Of a stretch of DNA of 64,000 bases, positions 49,818-60,220 are shown one piece after another. The stretch's first letter is position 1; every line of letters begins with the position of its first letter. Source of the DNA: Eutreptiella sp. 'Long Island Sound 2002' (Eukaryota > Protista > Euglenida). The position numbers and the translations under genes were made by a program. The stretch lies in NCBI GenBank assembly GCA_964036045.1, contig OZ038379.1, positions 9,176,001-9,240,000 of the forward strand, read 5' to 3'. Below the pieces are notes generated by a model. That model was not told where the DNA came from, did not search any database, and saw nothing but the letters and a program-made list of their open reading frames with translations.

Positions 49818-51196
49818 CACTTTCTGAGTGTCCTTTTTTTTTTTCGCCGCATGACATTGTTTTTCATGGCCTGGCGAGGAGTCTTCACGTCGACGCCCAC
49901 TGCTTCGTCGAGCCATCAGCAGGGCGTTTGTTGGGTGTTGGCGTGTCCGCATCGTGTGTGTGGTTGGGTGGGTGCGCGGTTGTGGTTGGGTGTGCATCGG
50001 ATGGTGGCATCCTGAGGCCTCAGTGTCAGGTCATCAGTCTTGATGGACGTGTGCACTGTTATGTTGTTGCAGGACGGACCGAGTGCACGTGTATGACGCA
50101 GTAACACCACAGTGGCACCATCCACTCACCTGTTGAAAGGCCGATGCTCCCCCTGGTGCAGGGCAGCGAGGGCAGCGTTGGGGAGATGCTGAGCTCCTGG
50201 GGCCCATGCACGCTGAGATGGCACTGCTGCACCGCTGCTGTGTCTTCCTGTGTCTTCTTTTCCTGTTGCTGAACCAGTTGGCCCGACCGGGACATTGTGG
50301 CATGCTCATTGCACCCGCTCGTCTGTGTTGTTTCAACTTTGCCTTTCGTAAGCAATCCCCCTGATGCGGTGTGCAGCCAGCGTGTCTGTTCCTGTGAGCC
50401 CAGAACCAGGCGGGGGGCATGGTCGTTTTGTCCACACAATGCATTGCTTCTTCGTTTCTCCGGGGATCTGAGTCAAGCCTGTGCCGTGGTAGACGGCCTT
50501 GACCTGCTATCCACACGCCACCCTTGAGAGCTGGGCAGGGGCTGTGCTGGGATTGCAAATTGCAGGGATTCGAAAGACTGTAATCTGCAGATGTGTGGGT
50601 GCCCTCTCCCGTACAGAGATACAGAGAGGGCCGGTTGGCTATGTGCACATAATGTTGTTCATGTCCTGACTGGGCGTGGCAGCGTCCCTGGTACAGGTGT
50701 GCTTATCATGTGTTCACGAGCAAACATGTATGTGTTTATATGCTCCTCTCCCCCTCCCTCCCTCCCTCCCTCCCTCCCTCTCTCTCTCTCTATGTGTGTG
50801 TCTGTGTGTGTGCATGCGTGCGTGCGTGCGTGCGTGCGTGCGTGTGTGTATCCGTTTGTGCGCTGCATGGCATGCACCTGGGGTTGGTTGTTGGCTTGTC
50901 ATGCCGCATCTTTCTTTTTGTGTGTTGCCTTTCAGGGGACCGAATCAACTTCTTGACCTTCCTGTACTGCTTGTGTTCGTTGCAGAAAGGCGCAGTGTGT
51001 TGGCTGTATTTTGTGTGCCTGCATGCGTGCTGGTGTGCGTGCGTGCGTGCGTGCGTGCGCGTGTGTGTACACGGATGCAGCCATTCCCGTAATATTTCAG
51101 ATGGAGGGGTATGAACCAGTGTGGTGCGCTGACATGCCGCTTTTGTGCACCAGGGCCAGCCCGGAGTAATTGGTTTTCCTGCATATTTCTGTCTCA

Positions 51197-51229
<33 letters not shown>

Positions 51230-51512
51230 TTAGGTGGTAGCACCTAACACTGGTTGCATTTGGCTGTCAGAACATGAACTCCTCCGTGGGTCATTTCCTG
51301 GTCCGTTGGTCGGTGCAGAACGACGCCGAGGCCGAGGGTAGGTGGGTAGGTGAGGGCACAGGGTATGAACTGTATCACGCCGCACCCGCAGTCCAGAGCT
51401 GCACATCGCTTTCTCTATCAACAGACCAAAAGACGTCTAGGGCTGCCCTGCAGTTCCTGAGGAGTTTTCTTTCACCGCTTTTCTTGCTCTGTTCTTGGTT
51501 TTGCGGTTCTCA

Positions 51513-51590
<78 letters not shown>

Positions 51591-53129
51591 GCAGCTGGTG
51601 GCAGTGTGCTTGTGCATGGCCTTCACAGGCACACACCGTGCCATCAGATGCCGCAGTAGGGTGCTGCACCTTCAGTGTTTTTCGCTGTGATTTGATGCGC
51701 GCTTCCCTTGAAGGCTGGCTTGGCACGCCTTAAGCAGCAAAAAGAACGAACATATTCTCAGAGCTGTGCCCGAGTGCAGCAGGGAATCGACACATGTTGT
51801 GTAATAGCGGGGGCTATGGGCAATGGGTGGGCATTGGAGGCCAGGAATTTCTGATGTGTTCTCCTGGCAGACCCTAAGTGTAGATGAACCCACTGTTCCG
51901 TTCCATTCCAAACATTGCCGAGGACTGTGGGCTGATCACAGGGATCATGCTGACAAAAACCCATTCAGCGGCAACAACATGCGACCCAGACGTTTTTTCT
52001 CTTTGTTGATTCTGCTTCCACGTGGCAATATATTGATTCTGGACCGGCAGACACCAGTGGAACTTCAGGTCTAGGAAAGTGTGATGCAAAATTGCGGCAA
52101 GGTGCAGACATTGTCCGGCAAAGACAGCCAAAGGTGTGTGGGGCTTGGCACGTGTTATCAACGGCATGTTGCATTTGATGCGCGACATCGTGGATGATGA
52201 GGCAGTCCGCCGAGCTTCTTTCAGAAGCTTGCTTGGCAACCACCAGTTGACAACAATTGTCTGCAGTCAGCCTTTGCTTTTCCGGAACATGGTTTTGCCT
52301 GCAACAAATCTTGCCAAACATTTATGTCCAAGGTGCCCCAGTCATGATGGTCTGCATGTCTGAACACCAAATATATAGAGCATGGTGAAACCTGAACTCA
52401 AGTCAAATTCAAACTCCCTTCCATTCATCTTGCAACGTCGTGTACAAATGCATAGCAACAAGGTTTGCCTGTAGTGGCAGTTGTATGCTGCTTTGGCTGA
52501 CGTCGGATTCTCACACGTCAACTCATCCCCAGCATAACTCTTGCCGGCGGAGGATCATTCCCCTACCTGGCTGGCCCCCACTCCGCCCTAGCAAAGGTTC
52601 CCAAGCAGAACCCAATCGTCCGAGCAAACATGCTCTTGACGTCGGGGCTGGCGGTTGGTGGGACAGTTATCAGGTCTTCCGTGACCTCGCGATTTGGTGT
52701 ACGAGCTCTGTATTGGGTAATGACTTCTGCAGCTCGCGAATGTTCGTCTCCCTCCACACACCTGTGCATCATGTCCACACCATTCCAGGCACGTTATATA
52801 TCAGGTACCCGAACACAACAGAAAGGTTATGTATGGCCTGAGCAAGCCATGCTCGCCCATTTTGTGTGTGCCTGCCTGCCTACCTGTGTGCCCACTCTGA
52901 TGCACATTGGTAGTTTTTTGACCAAACTTGGCAGACGCGACAAAATAGTATCATCTCGGCATGCCACACTGCAAGAATCGTAGTTCCTGAGAATGCATCC
53001 TGCATACCGCATGTGGAGTATTGTACCCCCCTTTGCATAGTAATCGCCCTTGCTTAGTAAGCGCGGGGGGGGGGGGGTGAGGGAAATGTTTTGCAAATTT
53101 ACTCAGAAGGTCGGATATTGAGCTTTTCT

Positions 53130-54305
53130 AGTGTGGGAATGCCATGCATGCAGTGCGCACACAGTGCGAAGTTTTGGATGTCGGCAAATACTCGAACCCT
53201 ACTTTCGGCCCCTTTTCACAAGTTTTTGGTTCCGTACCAGGGTTTTTTTTGGTTCCTAAGCATTTAGGATGTGGCATATTCGAATTGAATTGAACCAGTT
53301 TTGCCCATTTTCAACCATTTCCCACTATTTCCTCCCCCGCATGGGTGTTAGCGCACGGGGTGATCTGGACTCTTAAAAAGAGAGCATGCGAGAACATGTT
53401 GGTAAGGTGGATCGGCAAAGACACATTGCAACTTCACGACTTTGATGGGGAGGTCTCCCTGATTGTTCCAACCCCAGGCGGACGGAGGTCAGTTTCCGTT
53501 TCCGCCAGCTAGGCGAGGGGGTATCACCACATCTGGTTTTCGGGAATGCCCGGTATCCTGCGCTGTTTGGAACAAGCACATGTGTGTATCTTGCATGCCC
53601 TTGCATAGTTGTACTTTACAAGGCTGAGTGGCTTGTTCATAACGACAGTTGGTTACCAAGTTGAAGGCAATTTCGTTGTTCTCATGTGGGCTTTGCTGCT
53701 TCGCTTTGCTACTAGACAGGTGACAGGTATGCTTGGGTGAGTATCTCAGCCTCTGCGTGCGTAGTATGCACGCCGTGCACACGCAGTGCACACACAGTGC
53801 AAGAACTTGGCTTTGTTTGCTGGCTGGACACAAGTTATATCATTGGTGCATTGCCGTGTACTTCAGATTTCTTGTATCCAAGGCACTCTACTGTACCCTG
53901 TATCATGCATCATGCAGAATGCTTCAGTTTTTCGCAACTTCAGCCACGGATATTGATCATATTGACACGTACCCAGTTGGTGCTGTTGTCAATTTCCAAT
54001 GATCTGGGGCCAGCATTGTGCCCGCCAAGATTCTGGGCCCCTCAGAGCGCAATGCTGACTACCGACTACCGGACCATCACATATGAGCGCTGTGGTGGCG
54101 CATGACTGTGGGAATGCCGTGCACGCAGTGCGCACACAGTGCAAAGTTTTGTACGTCGGCAACTCCTTGAACCCTGGTTTTGGCCCCCTTTCACGTGTTT
54201 GTTGTTCCATGACAGGGTTTTTACGCTTCTTGTGCATTGAGGATGTGGCACATTTGAGTTGCGACCCATTTTCAACCATTTTCAGCCATTTTAGCCCAAT
54301 TTTAC
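53130..54305. repeat. Diverged ~200-bp direct repeat pair (53130-53330, 54105-54305)
   Basis: gtgggaatgcc...cagtgcgcacacagtgc...aagtttt...ggatgtggca...ccattttcaaccattt in both. Confidence 0.75.
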
Positions 54306-54635
54306 CCGGTTTTGCTTTGTTATAGGTGGATGCTGGATTATGATAATGGGGAATCACCGGACGTCCTGTACATTCACAATGCAACAAATCAGCAGTGGGG
54401 GGGGCGGTGTCAGCGCCCCGGGCGCGCGCCGGGCATCTTTTTTGACCGGTGCCCCACCGGTGACCTTTTAGGGGGCGCACTAAGTGCACGGAGTGCAACT
54501 ATTTGGGTGTCTAGCCGTCCCAGAACCCCGGGAAGGTGTGCAGTGCAAGGCCATCTACTTGGGGGGCTTCTCCATCAGTGGGTAAATCTGGGGCTGAAGT
54601 TGGGATAGTTAATGGAAAAGTAGCGTGCCGGGCTT

Positions 54636-55568
54636 TGGAAGGTCGCATTTCGCAACATGTGGCTTAGCACCTGGGGACCATGGCAAGATACGGTAACGGA
54701 ATGGTGGAACAGGGCGTCGGCGGCGGACCTACACCATGTTTCCTGCCTTCGCATACCACAGTCCCTATGGGACCACATCCCCCGAACAATGCGGGTAGAC
54801 CTTAGGGAGCGTGTGGCCTGGCACCAGTACCACGCCCTACATGGTGTGTGCCAACTGCGCGGCCAACTCACCATGCCCCCCCGCGACCCACAGGTGTCGC
54901 CCACGCTATCCACAGCGGTGCCGGCATGGTACACAAAGCTGCGCCCAAGAGCTGTACGACCGAACCCCACGGACTCTGTCCTCCGCAATCAAGTAGGGTA
55001 CACAGGGCCCCGGGAGAGAACATCGCGGCGGGATGGCCGCGTCTCTCAAGAGACGTCCCACCGTAGAGCGGTGCGCACATGGGACCGGCCGCAGTCGTAC
55101 CATACCAGGTCATGGGCGGTGAAATATCTCGACCAGTGCCTCTGTCCCAGTACCGCAGACCCACGGGCACAACAAGTAGCTTCGGCAATGCAGTATCTGG
55201 CCCAACCTTGGTTTCTGCATCAGCGTGCCGTTCTCGGGGCCTCACTGATGGATTCATACCGCGACGTGCTAGATGATCTGGTGCGGCAATCACGGCACTG
55301 GCACACCCTTCTGCGACGTGCTAGAGTGTGGACCACCTCCGCAGACCAGCACTACCAGCGGCATAACCGAAGGATTCAGCTCTTTTCGGTGATGAGCCAA
55401 TTGTGGGCATCTGAGCGCGCCGCCCACCGGGTGGAGTCGCCTCTGCCTAAACGTCAGTGCCGCAAAAGGCCCGGCATCCTGGGCCAACGCCCGCCACCGG
55501 TCATGGCCCCTGCAAAGCGACGAAAGCTTGTCTCTCTTGAGGACCTGTGGGGAATGGCACACACGTGA
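54636..55568 (+). pseudogene. C-terminal ~310 codons of the truncated element's ORF; no recognised domain
   Basis: Frame is open from the TSD edge (WKVAFRNMWLSTW...) to TGA 55568; Trp/Arg-rich; ends with basic PAKRRK. Confidence 0.65.
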
Positions 55569-55674
55569 TCCAGCATGTCTTAACCTCCTTAAAACTTACG
55601 CATTATAGGCTTGCCATATGGCGTGGCGGTTTTGCCTACCGCATCAGAGAGCCCTCTAGTATACGCATGTGAAC

Positions 55675-55740
55675 CACTAGTTGTGCCTCGTCTCAACTTT
55701 TGTTTGCGTCTCCAATGTTTAGGCAGTTTTCCTGTCTTTG
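55675..55740 (+). repeat. Split direct repeat A1
   Basis: Identical to 61931..61996 (cactagttgtgcctcg...cctgtctttg). Confidence 0.95.
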
Positions 55741-55753
55741 TTTTTGTTAACCC

Positions 55754-56386
55754 ATGGACGGGGTTGAGCAGCCAAGCCAGAACCAACAAGAGTCAACCGA
55801 GGAGCGGCTGGCGGCACAAGCCAAGGAAATTCAAGAACTCAGAGAGCAACTCGCCCGAGTGGCGGTGAAGGAGGGGCCCCGCCTGCCCCCACTGAGCGTG
55901 CCAGAAGTAAACCGAGCCCTCGAGAAGCCTCAGTTGGCACAGTGGATGAGACTCATGCTGTCCAACATCAAGGCGTACGTACGCCTTAGAGCTGGTGAGG
56001 TGGGGGAGATCCCCCGACCAAGTGAGTTCGGCGGCCAGGCGACGGAGGCCGCAGTCGACCCAGGAGAGCAGCTGGCGTGGAGGGTCTGGGACTGCGTGTC
56101 CCAGTCCCAGGCGGCGTATGCCCGCAGGTATGCAGGGACGCAAGGAAAAACCAGCTCCGAGTCCAACCAGTACACCACGCTGGAGGAGGCATGGAAGGAA
56201 CAAGGATCGGCGTTCACGTGGCGGAGCGTCAAGTTCAGGGAGGTGGGAGGAGTACTGCAGTGGCAGTCGACGCAGGGCGAGTGGATCCCTGTGGACTCGC
56301 CACCGAGCGGAGGGTGCCAGAGGTGCGCGCAGCGGGGCTCCCCCGACGAACGCCACTGGCACTTTAGATGCCCACACTGGTCCTGA
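55754..56386 (+). CDS. gag: Gag-like ORF1 (210 aa)
   Basis: ATG 13 nt after A1. N-terminal coiled-coil-like segment (EERLAAQAKEIQELREQLARV) and C-terminal C-x2-C-x9-H-x4-C knuckle. Confidence 0.75.
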   Translation: MDGVEQPSQNQQESTEERLAAQAKEIQELREQLARVAVKEGPRLPPLSVPEVNRALEKPQLAQWMRLMLSNIKAYVRLRAGEVGEIPRPSEFGGQATEAAVDPGEQLAWRVWDCVSQSQAAYARRYAGTQGKTSSESNQYTTLEEAWKEQGSAFTWRSVKFREVGGVLQWQSTQGEWIPVDSPPSGGCQRCAQRGSPDERHWHFRCPHWS

Positions 56387-56445
56387 CAGGACCGGCTGGA
56401 GCCCGGACCGGCCGCCCCGGGCTCCGGCATTGCGGACGCGGCGGC
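56384..56445 (+). promoter_or_regulatory. Putative stop-codon readthrough signal (UGA-C, 8-nt spacer, H-type pseudoknot)
   Basis: Stem 1 56395-56406/56417-56428 (12 bp, one G-U); stem 2 56411-56416/56440-56445 (6 bp). No other stop lies between gag and YR. Confidence 0.6.
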
Positions 56446-56521
56446 AGAGCTGCGGGCGCTCGCCCGCCGGTGGGAGACAGCAGCCCGGTCAGACGACCCC
56501 TGCTCACCAGAGGAAAGTGCC

Positions 56522-58327
56522 ATGCAGTCCTGGAGACCGAGAACCCGCTCGCAGTACGCATCCCGACTCCGGGCCTTGGCGGCTTACGCGGACCGCACGA
56601 GCCCGCCTGATACAGCCGCAGCACTGGCAGGCCTCCTGGCAGAGCGGGCGCAAGCCGGCGCTACAGCGTCGGCCCTGCGGGGTATTACCTCCGCGGTCAG
56701 AGCCGTGGAGGACCTCCAGTGGCTGCCCCCAACAGTCACCACCCTGCACAAACGGATTGCGGCGGGAGCCGCATCCTCGGGCTCTCAGCCCTATCTGTCC
56801 CCAGCAGGCTTGGTCCAGCTGGTCGAAAAGGCCAGAGACTCCAGACACGGAGCGGTGTTCAGCGCTTTGGCCATCATCAGCTGGGTATGCCACCTGCGGG
56901 TGGGCGAGGCAGCTGGCATCAGGGTTACTGACCTGGCTATGCCAGGCTTTATCCAGTTTTGGAACTCCAAGACAGGGGAGGAGGGGTACACCACCCGCCC
57001 CCTGTACAGGTATGCGGACGGCGTCCGGGCGTGGCTTCATGGCCACATGGTTTCGCTGGGCCGGTCCTCAGACATGCTCGTCTGGCAGTCAGGGGAAGCG
57101 GGGTTGGAGGCAGGCATGGCCGACACCCTGGCGAGCACCGCCCACTTCCGAGCCAGGTGGCACGCCCTGCGCAGGGGAGGCGCCGCAGCGACTTGGGCCC
57201 GTAAACCAGACCTCGCCTACTACAAATGGTGGGGCAGATGGCAGAGCACGGCCGTGGCAATGCAATACGGCACCAAATGGTCAGACCCGGGAGTCGTTGC
57301 CCCTACGGTGCTGCCCGCATGGTCCCGTGACCAGGGGCCTTTGCCGAATCCGGAACGCGTGGGCGTCCTGGCCCTGTGGGGATCCCCGATGTTCCCCAGT
57401 ATCGCGAACGCCCTCAACACCCCGACCAAGCGCAAGCCGAGGCGTCCGCGAGGTCAGGAACTGGAGTCCACCGCGAACGGCACAGTTGGGAGCGGAGGCG
57501 ACGGAGACCAAGCCGCGACCGAGCTGGAGGAGTCCACCGGGGATGGCTCTGCTGAGATGGGCCCGGGGCCTGACACGGCTCCTACCCTCCCTCCACTTCC
57601 GCCTTTGGCCTCTGCCATTGAGCGCGGCGCCGTGTCTCGGGAAGATGCGGGTCAGCTGTGCACGGTGGCGGGGCCATTGGCTGCCGTGGGGGGGGGCGCG
57701 TGCGGACCAGGGACGGCAGCCGGGCCCATCAATGTCGATTCCGACGTGGACACCGACGACCACAGCGAGGATTCCGGAAGCGAGCCCTCTGGCGAATTCG
57801 CAGTCGGCAGCACCAGGGGCTCCCCCGGGCGTCGACAGGCCGGAGTTGCCAGGTTCGTTGGACGGGAGCGTAAACCGTGGTCCTCCAGGGCAGCCGTTGG
57901 CCCTGTCAGAGGAGGACCCGCGGCGGGCTCGAAGGCTGGAGTGGTGGGCCGTATCCACCGCACATACAAGGGGCCGCGTCGCGCTAAGGTGGTCCTGGAT
58001 GGTACGCAGGCCGTGCGATCCCGAGCCCCCGCACGCCGTCAAGCTGGGAGACCTCGTTTGGCCCAGCAGATCGGAACGCCGCAGCCCAAGCGCATCAAGC
58101 TCGGGCAGGGCGGGCATGTCCGGGCGCAGGAGGCGCAAGGCCTGGTGGAGGGTGCCTTCGTGGCTGCAGCTGAGCGTCTCAAGGCCAAGGCTTGGGGGAG
58201 GGCGGGACCAGTGGCGTCGCCCCCCCCCCCCTCTGTAAGGGTCCCGACAGGGGTGGGAGGGTGCAGGACCAGCCCCCCCTCTTCCTGGAGTTCATGCAGG
58301 CGCTCACCCCCCATTTTCACTGGATAG
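56522..58327 (+). CDS. Tyrosine recombinase ORF2 with low-complexity C-terminal extension; frame also open from 56387
   Basis: Catalytic set R (LRVGEA), K (SKTG), HxxR (HALRRGG), W (GRW), Y (AMQY) is all present. Confidence 0.92.
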   Translation: MQSWRPRTRSQYASRLRALAAYADRTSPPDTAAALAGLLAERAQAGATASALRGITSAVRAVEDLQWLPPTVTTLHKRIAAGAASSGSQPYLSPAGLVQLVEKARDSRHGAVFSALAIISWVCHLRVGEAAGIRVTDLAMPGFIQFWNSKTGEEGYTTRPLYRYADGVRAWLHGHMVSLGRSSDMLVWQSGEAGLEAGMADTLASTAHFRARWHALRRGGAAATWARKPDLAYYKWWGRWQSTAVAMQYGTKWSDPGVVAPTVLPAWSRDQGPLPNPERVGVLALWGSPMFPSIANALNTPTKRKPRRPRGQELESTANGTVGSGGDGDQAATELEESTGDGSAEMGPGPDTAPTLPPLPPLASAIERGAVSREDAGQLCTVAGPLAAVGGGACGPGTAAGPINVDSDVDTDDHSEDSGSEPSGEFAVGSTRGSPGRRQAGVARFVGRERKPWSSRAAVGPVRGGPAAGSKAGVVGRIHRTYKGPRRAKVVLDGTQAVRSRAPARRQAGRPRLAQQIGTPQPKRIKLGQGGHVRAQEAQGLVEGAFVAAAERLKAKAWGRAGPVASPPPPSVRVPTGVGGCRTSPPSSWSSCRRSPPIFTG

Positions 58328-60144
58328 CCGAGCGGGAACGTTGTGGCTTGTGGATGGTTGCGAAGAGGGTGGATCTGTGGTTGAATAGAGTATTCGATAC
58401 AGCCGAGGATTTCCGCTTGCAAGGGGCTCTGCCCGCTCTCCTGGGCGCCTTGCGCAAGCTCCACCCGGACGCCTGGGAGGCATGCCTCCATATCAACACC
58501 TCCCCCATTCCGCGGTTCATGGGGGGGGTCGAGGATGCCATTTTGGACCGGGGATTGGGACCGGTAGGCTCCCACCAGCTACCAGACGATCTGTGGGACG
58601 CCGTCGTACCGCCCTTCTACCACGGAGGGCTCCAGGATTTTGACGTCGAGCGGGAGTGGCAAGACGGGGATAGGGTGGTCCGAGGGGCAACCAGATGGGT
58701 GTCGCAGCAGGTCCAGAGGATAGTGCAGGCGTTGAGGGGGGCGGGGGTCTACGAGCAGCCGGCTGACCCCCCCCCCCCCCCCACATGTTACCCCTTCGTC
58801 ATCCCCAAATCATCCGAGAAGGTATCCTTGATCTTGAGTTGCGTCAAGATCAACAAGAGTGACGGGGGCAAGCCCCCCACTTTCAGATTGGATTCCTGGG
58901 AGGATTTGGCTAGGTCCTTGTCGGCGTTCCCGCCTGATGTGGACCTCTACGGCCTCCACATCGACCTCAAAAATGCGTTCTGGAGCTTTTGCTTGCCCCA
59001 GGGTGCGCGCCAGGTTTTTCGCTTCCGGCCCGCCCCCGGGGCTCCGCCTGTGGCGCTGTCGCGCCTACCGTTTGGCTGGAAATACAGCCCCTATCTGTGC
59101 CAAACCAGTTTGGCTCGCATTCTCCAGGGGGTACTGCCCCCCGAGATACTCCTTGTGCACTACCTCGATGACTTTTTGCTCGTCTTCACTGATAGGGAGG
59201 TGCTCAGGGAGGCGGGACCTAAGAGTGTCCTGGACCCGGTGCCTGTGGCGTCATTCCTGGGGAAGGAGCTCGACTTGCAGGCTAGGCAGATCAAGAGCCA
59301 TGAACAAGCACTGCTCCAGTTGTGGGCGGGATGGCTGAGGCTGGCGGTTGGCGCAGGCAACGACCGGCACCTCCAAAGCTTCCTGGGTTTACTGAATTGG
59401 CATGTGCGTCCGAGGGGATTGGGTTGTCCTTTCGCGGCGGGCGCCTACTGCTGGTTGCGCTGGGGTCGGACGGTGGGGGGGGCCAAACAGCCGGCCCAGG
59501 GCTTCCCCCTGAAAATGCTGGACAGCCTCGCGACATTGGTGGCGCTGGCGGCCGAGCCCTGGCGGGCGCCGGGCGGGGAGGCCTGGCGGCAATTGAGGAC
59601 CCTCCAGTTTGGGACTGAGGATAGGCTTTCGCGATCATCTCTCTGGTGCGGGGGCGTCGTCATCTGCGTCGATGGAGCGCGCGATGCGGGGTGCTGGAGG
59701 GTTGGGGCGCTCGTGCCGGGGGTGGGTGTGCGTACGCATGTGACACCTCCTGCCCGCTTCGCCAGCCAGCAAACCACGGAACTGAGGGGAGTGGCGTGGG
59801 CTGTCAGGTTTGCAGTCAGGACGGGACACCGAGCTGTTACGGTCTGTAGCGACAGCGAGGCGGCCATTGCTCAGGTCCTCAGGCTGCGCGCGACTAGCCA
59901 CCTGACCCACCACCAAACGGTCCTTCGGTCATTGGCTAGAATCCTGTGGGTATCAGGGATCGTGCTCCGCCTCGTGTGGGTGCCCTCGGCGCTTCAGCCG
60001 GGAGACCCTATGTCCAGGGTGACGTCAGTGTTCGGAGGCTCACAGGCCAGAGCGGAAGTCGAGGCTTGGTGCACGTGGGATGCATTGCTGGAGAATCTGG
60101 GCGAGGCTCGGGTGAGGGGGGTGGTGTGTCTCCGAGGATGCTAG
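58174..60144 (+). CDS. pol: Reverse transcriptase / RNase H ORF3
   Basis: PFVIPK, IDLKNAFW, LPFGWKYSP, YLDD, FLG motifs; RNase H CVDGA / TELRG / CSDSE / PGDPMSR. Frame is open from 58174; first ATG at 58294. Confidence 0.93.
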   Translation, partial: ASQGQGLGEGGTSGVAPPPLCKGPDRGGRVQDQPPLFLEFMQALTPHFHWIAERERCGLWMVAKRVDLWLNRVFDTAEDFRLQGALPALLGALRKLHPDAWEACLHINTSPIPRFMGGVEDAILDRGLGPVGSHQLPDDLWDAVVPPFYHGGLQDFDVEREWQDGDRVVRGATRWVSQQVQRIVQALRGAGVYEQPADPPPPPTCYPFVIPKSSEKVSLILSCVKINKSDGGKPPTFRLDSWEDLARSLSAFPPDVDLYGLHIDLKNAFWSFCLPQGARQVFRFRPAPGAPPVALSRLPFGWKYSPYLCQTSLARILQGVLPPEILLVHYLDDFLLVFTDREVLREAGPKSVLDPVPVASFLGKELDLQARQIKSHEQALLQLWAGWLRLAVGAGNDRHLQSFLGLLNWHVRPRGLGCPFAAGAYCWLRWGRTVGGAKQPAQGFPLKMLDSLATLVALAAEPWRAPGGEAWRQLRTLQFGTEDRLSRSSLWCGGVVICVDGARDAGCWRVGALVPGVGVRTHVTPPARFASQQTTELRGVAWAVRFAVRTGHRAVTVCSDSEAAIAQVLRLRATSHLTHHQTVLRSLARILWVSGIVLRLVWVPSALQPGDPMSRVTSVFGGSQARAEVEAWCTWDALLENLGEARVRGVVCLRGC

Positions 60145-60220
60145 CCCCCCCCCCCCCAGCGGGCCGGCGGCGACAGAGTTTGCCCCCTCCATGTAGCAAC
60201 CTTTTTTGCTTTCCGCACCT

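Noticed and set aside
57300-58330. Aspartic protease in the YR C-terminal extension
   Set aside because: No D-[ST]-G motif in a hydrophobic strand context; the region is low complexity.
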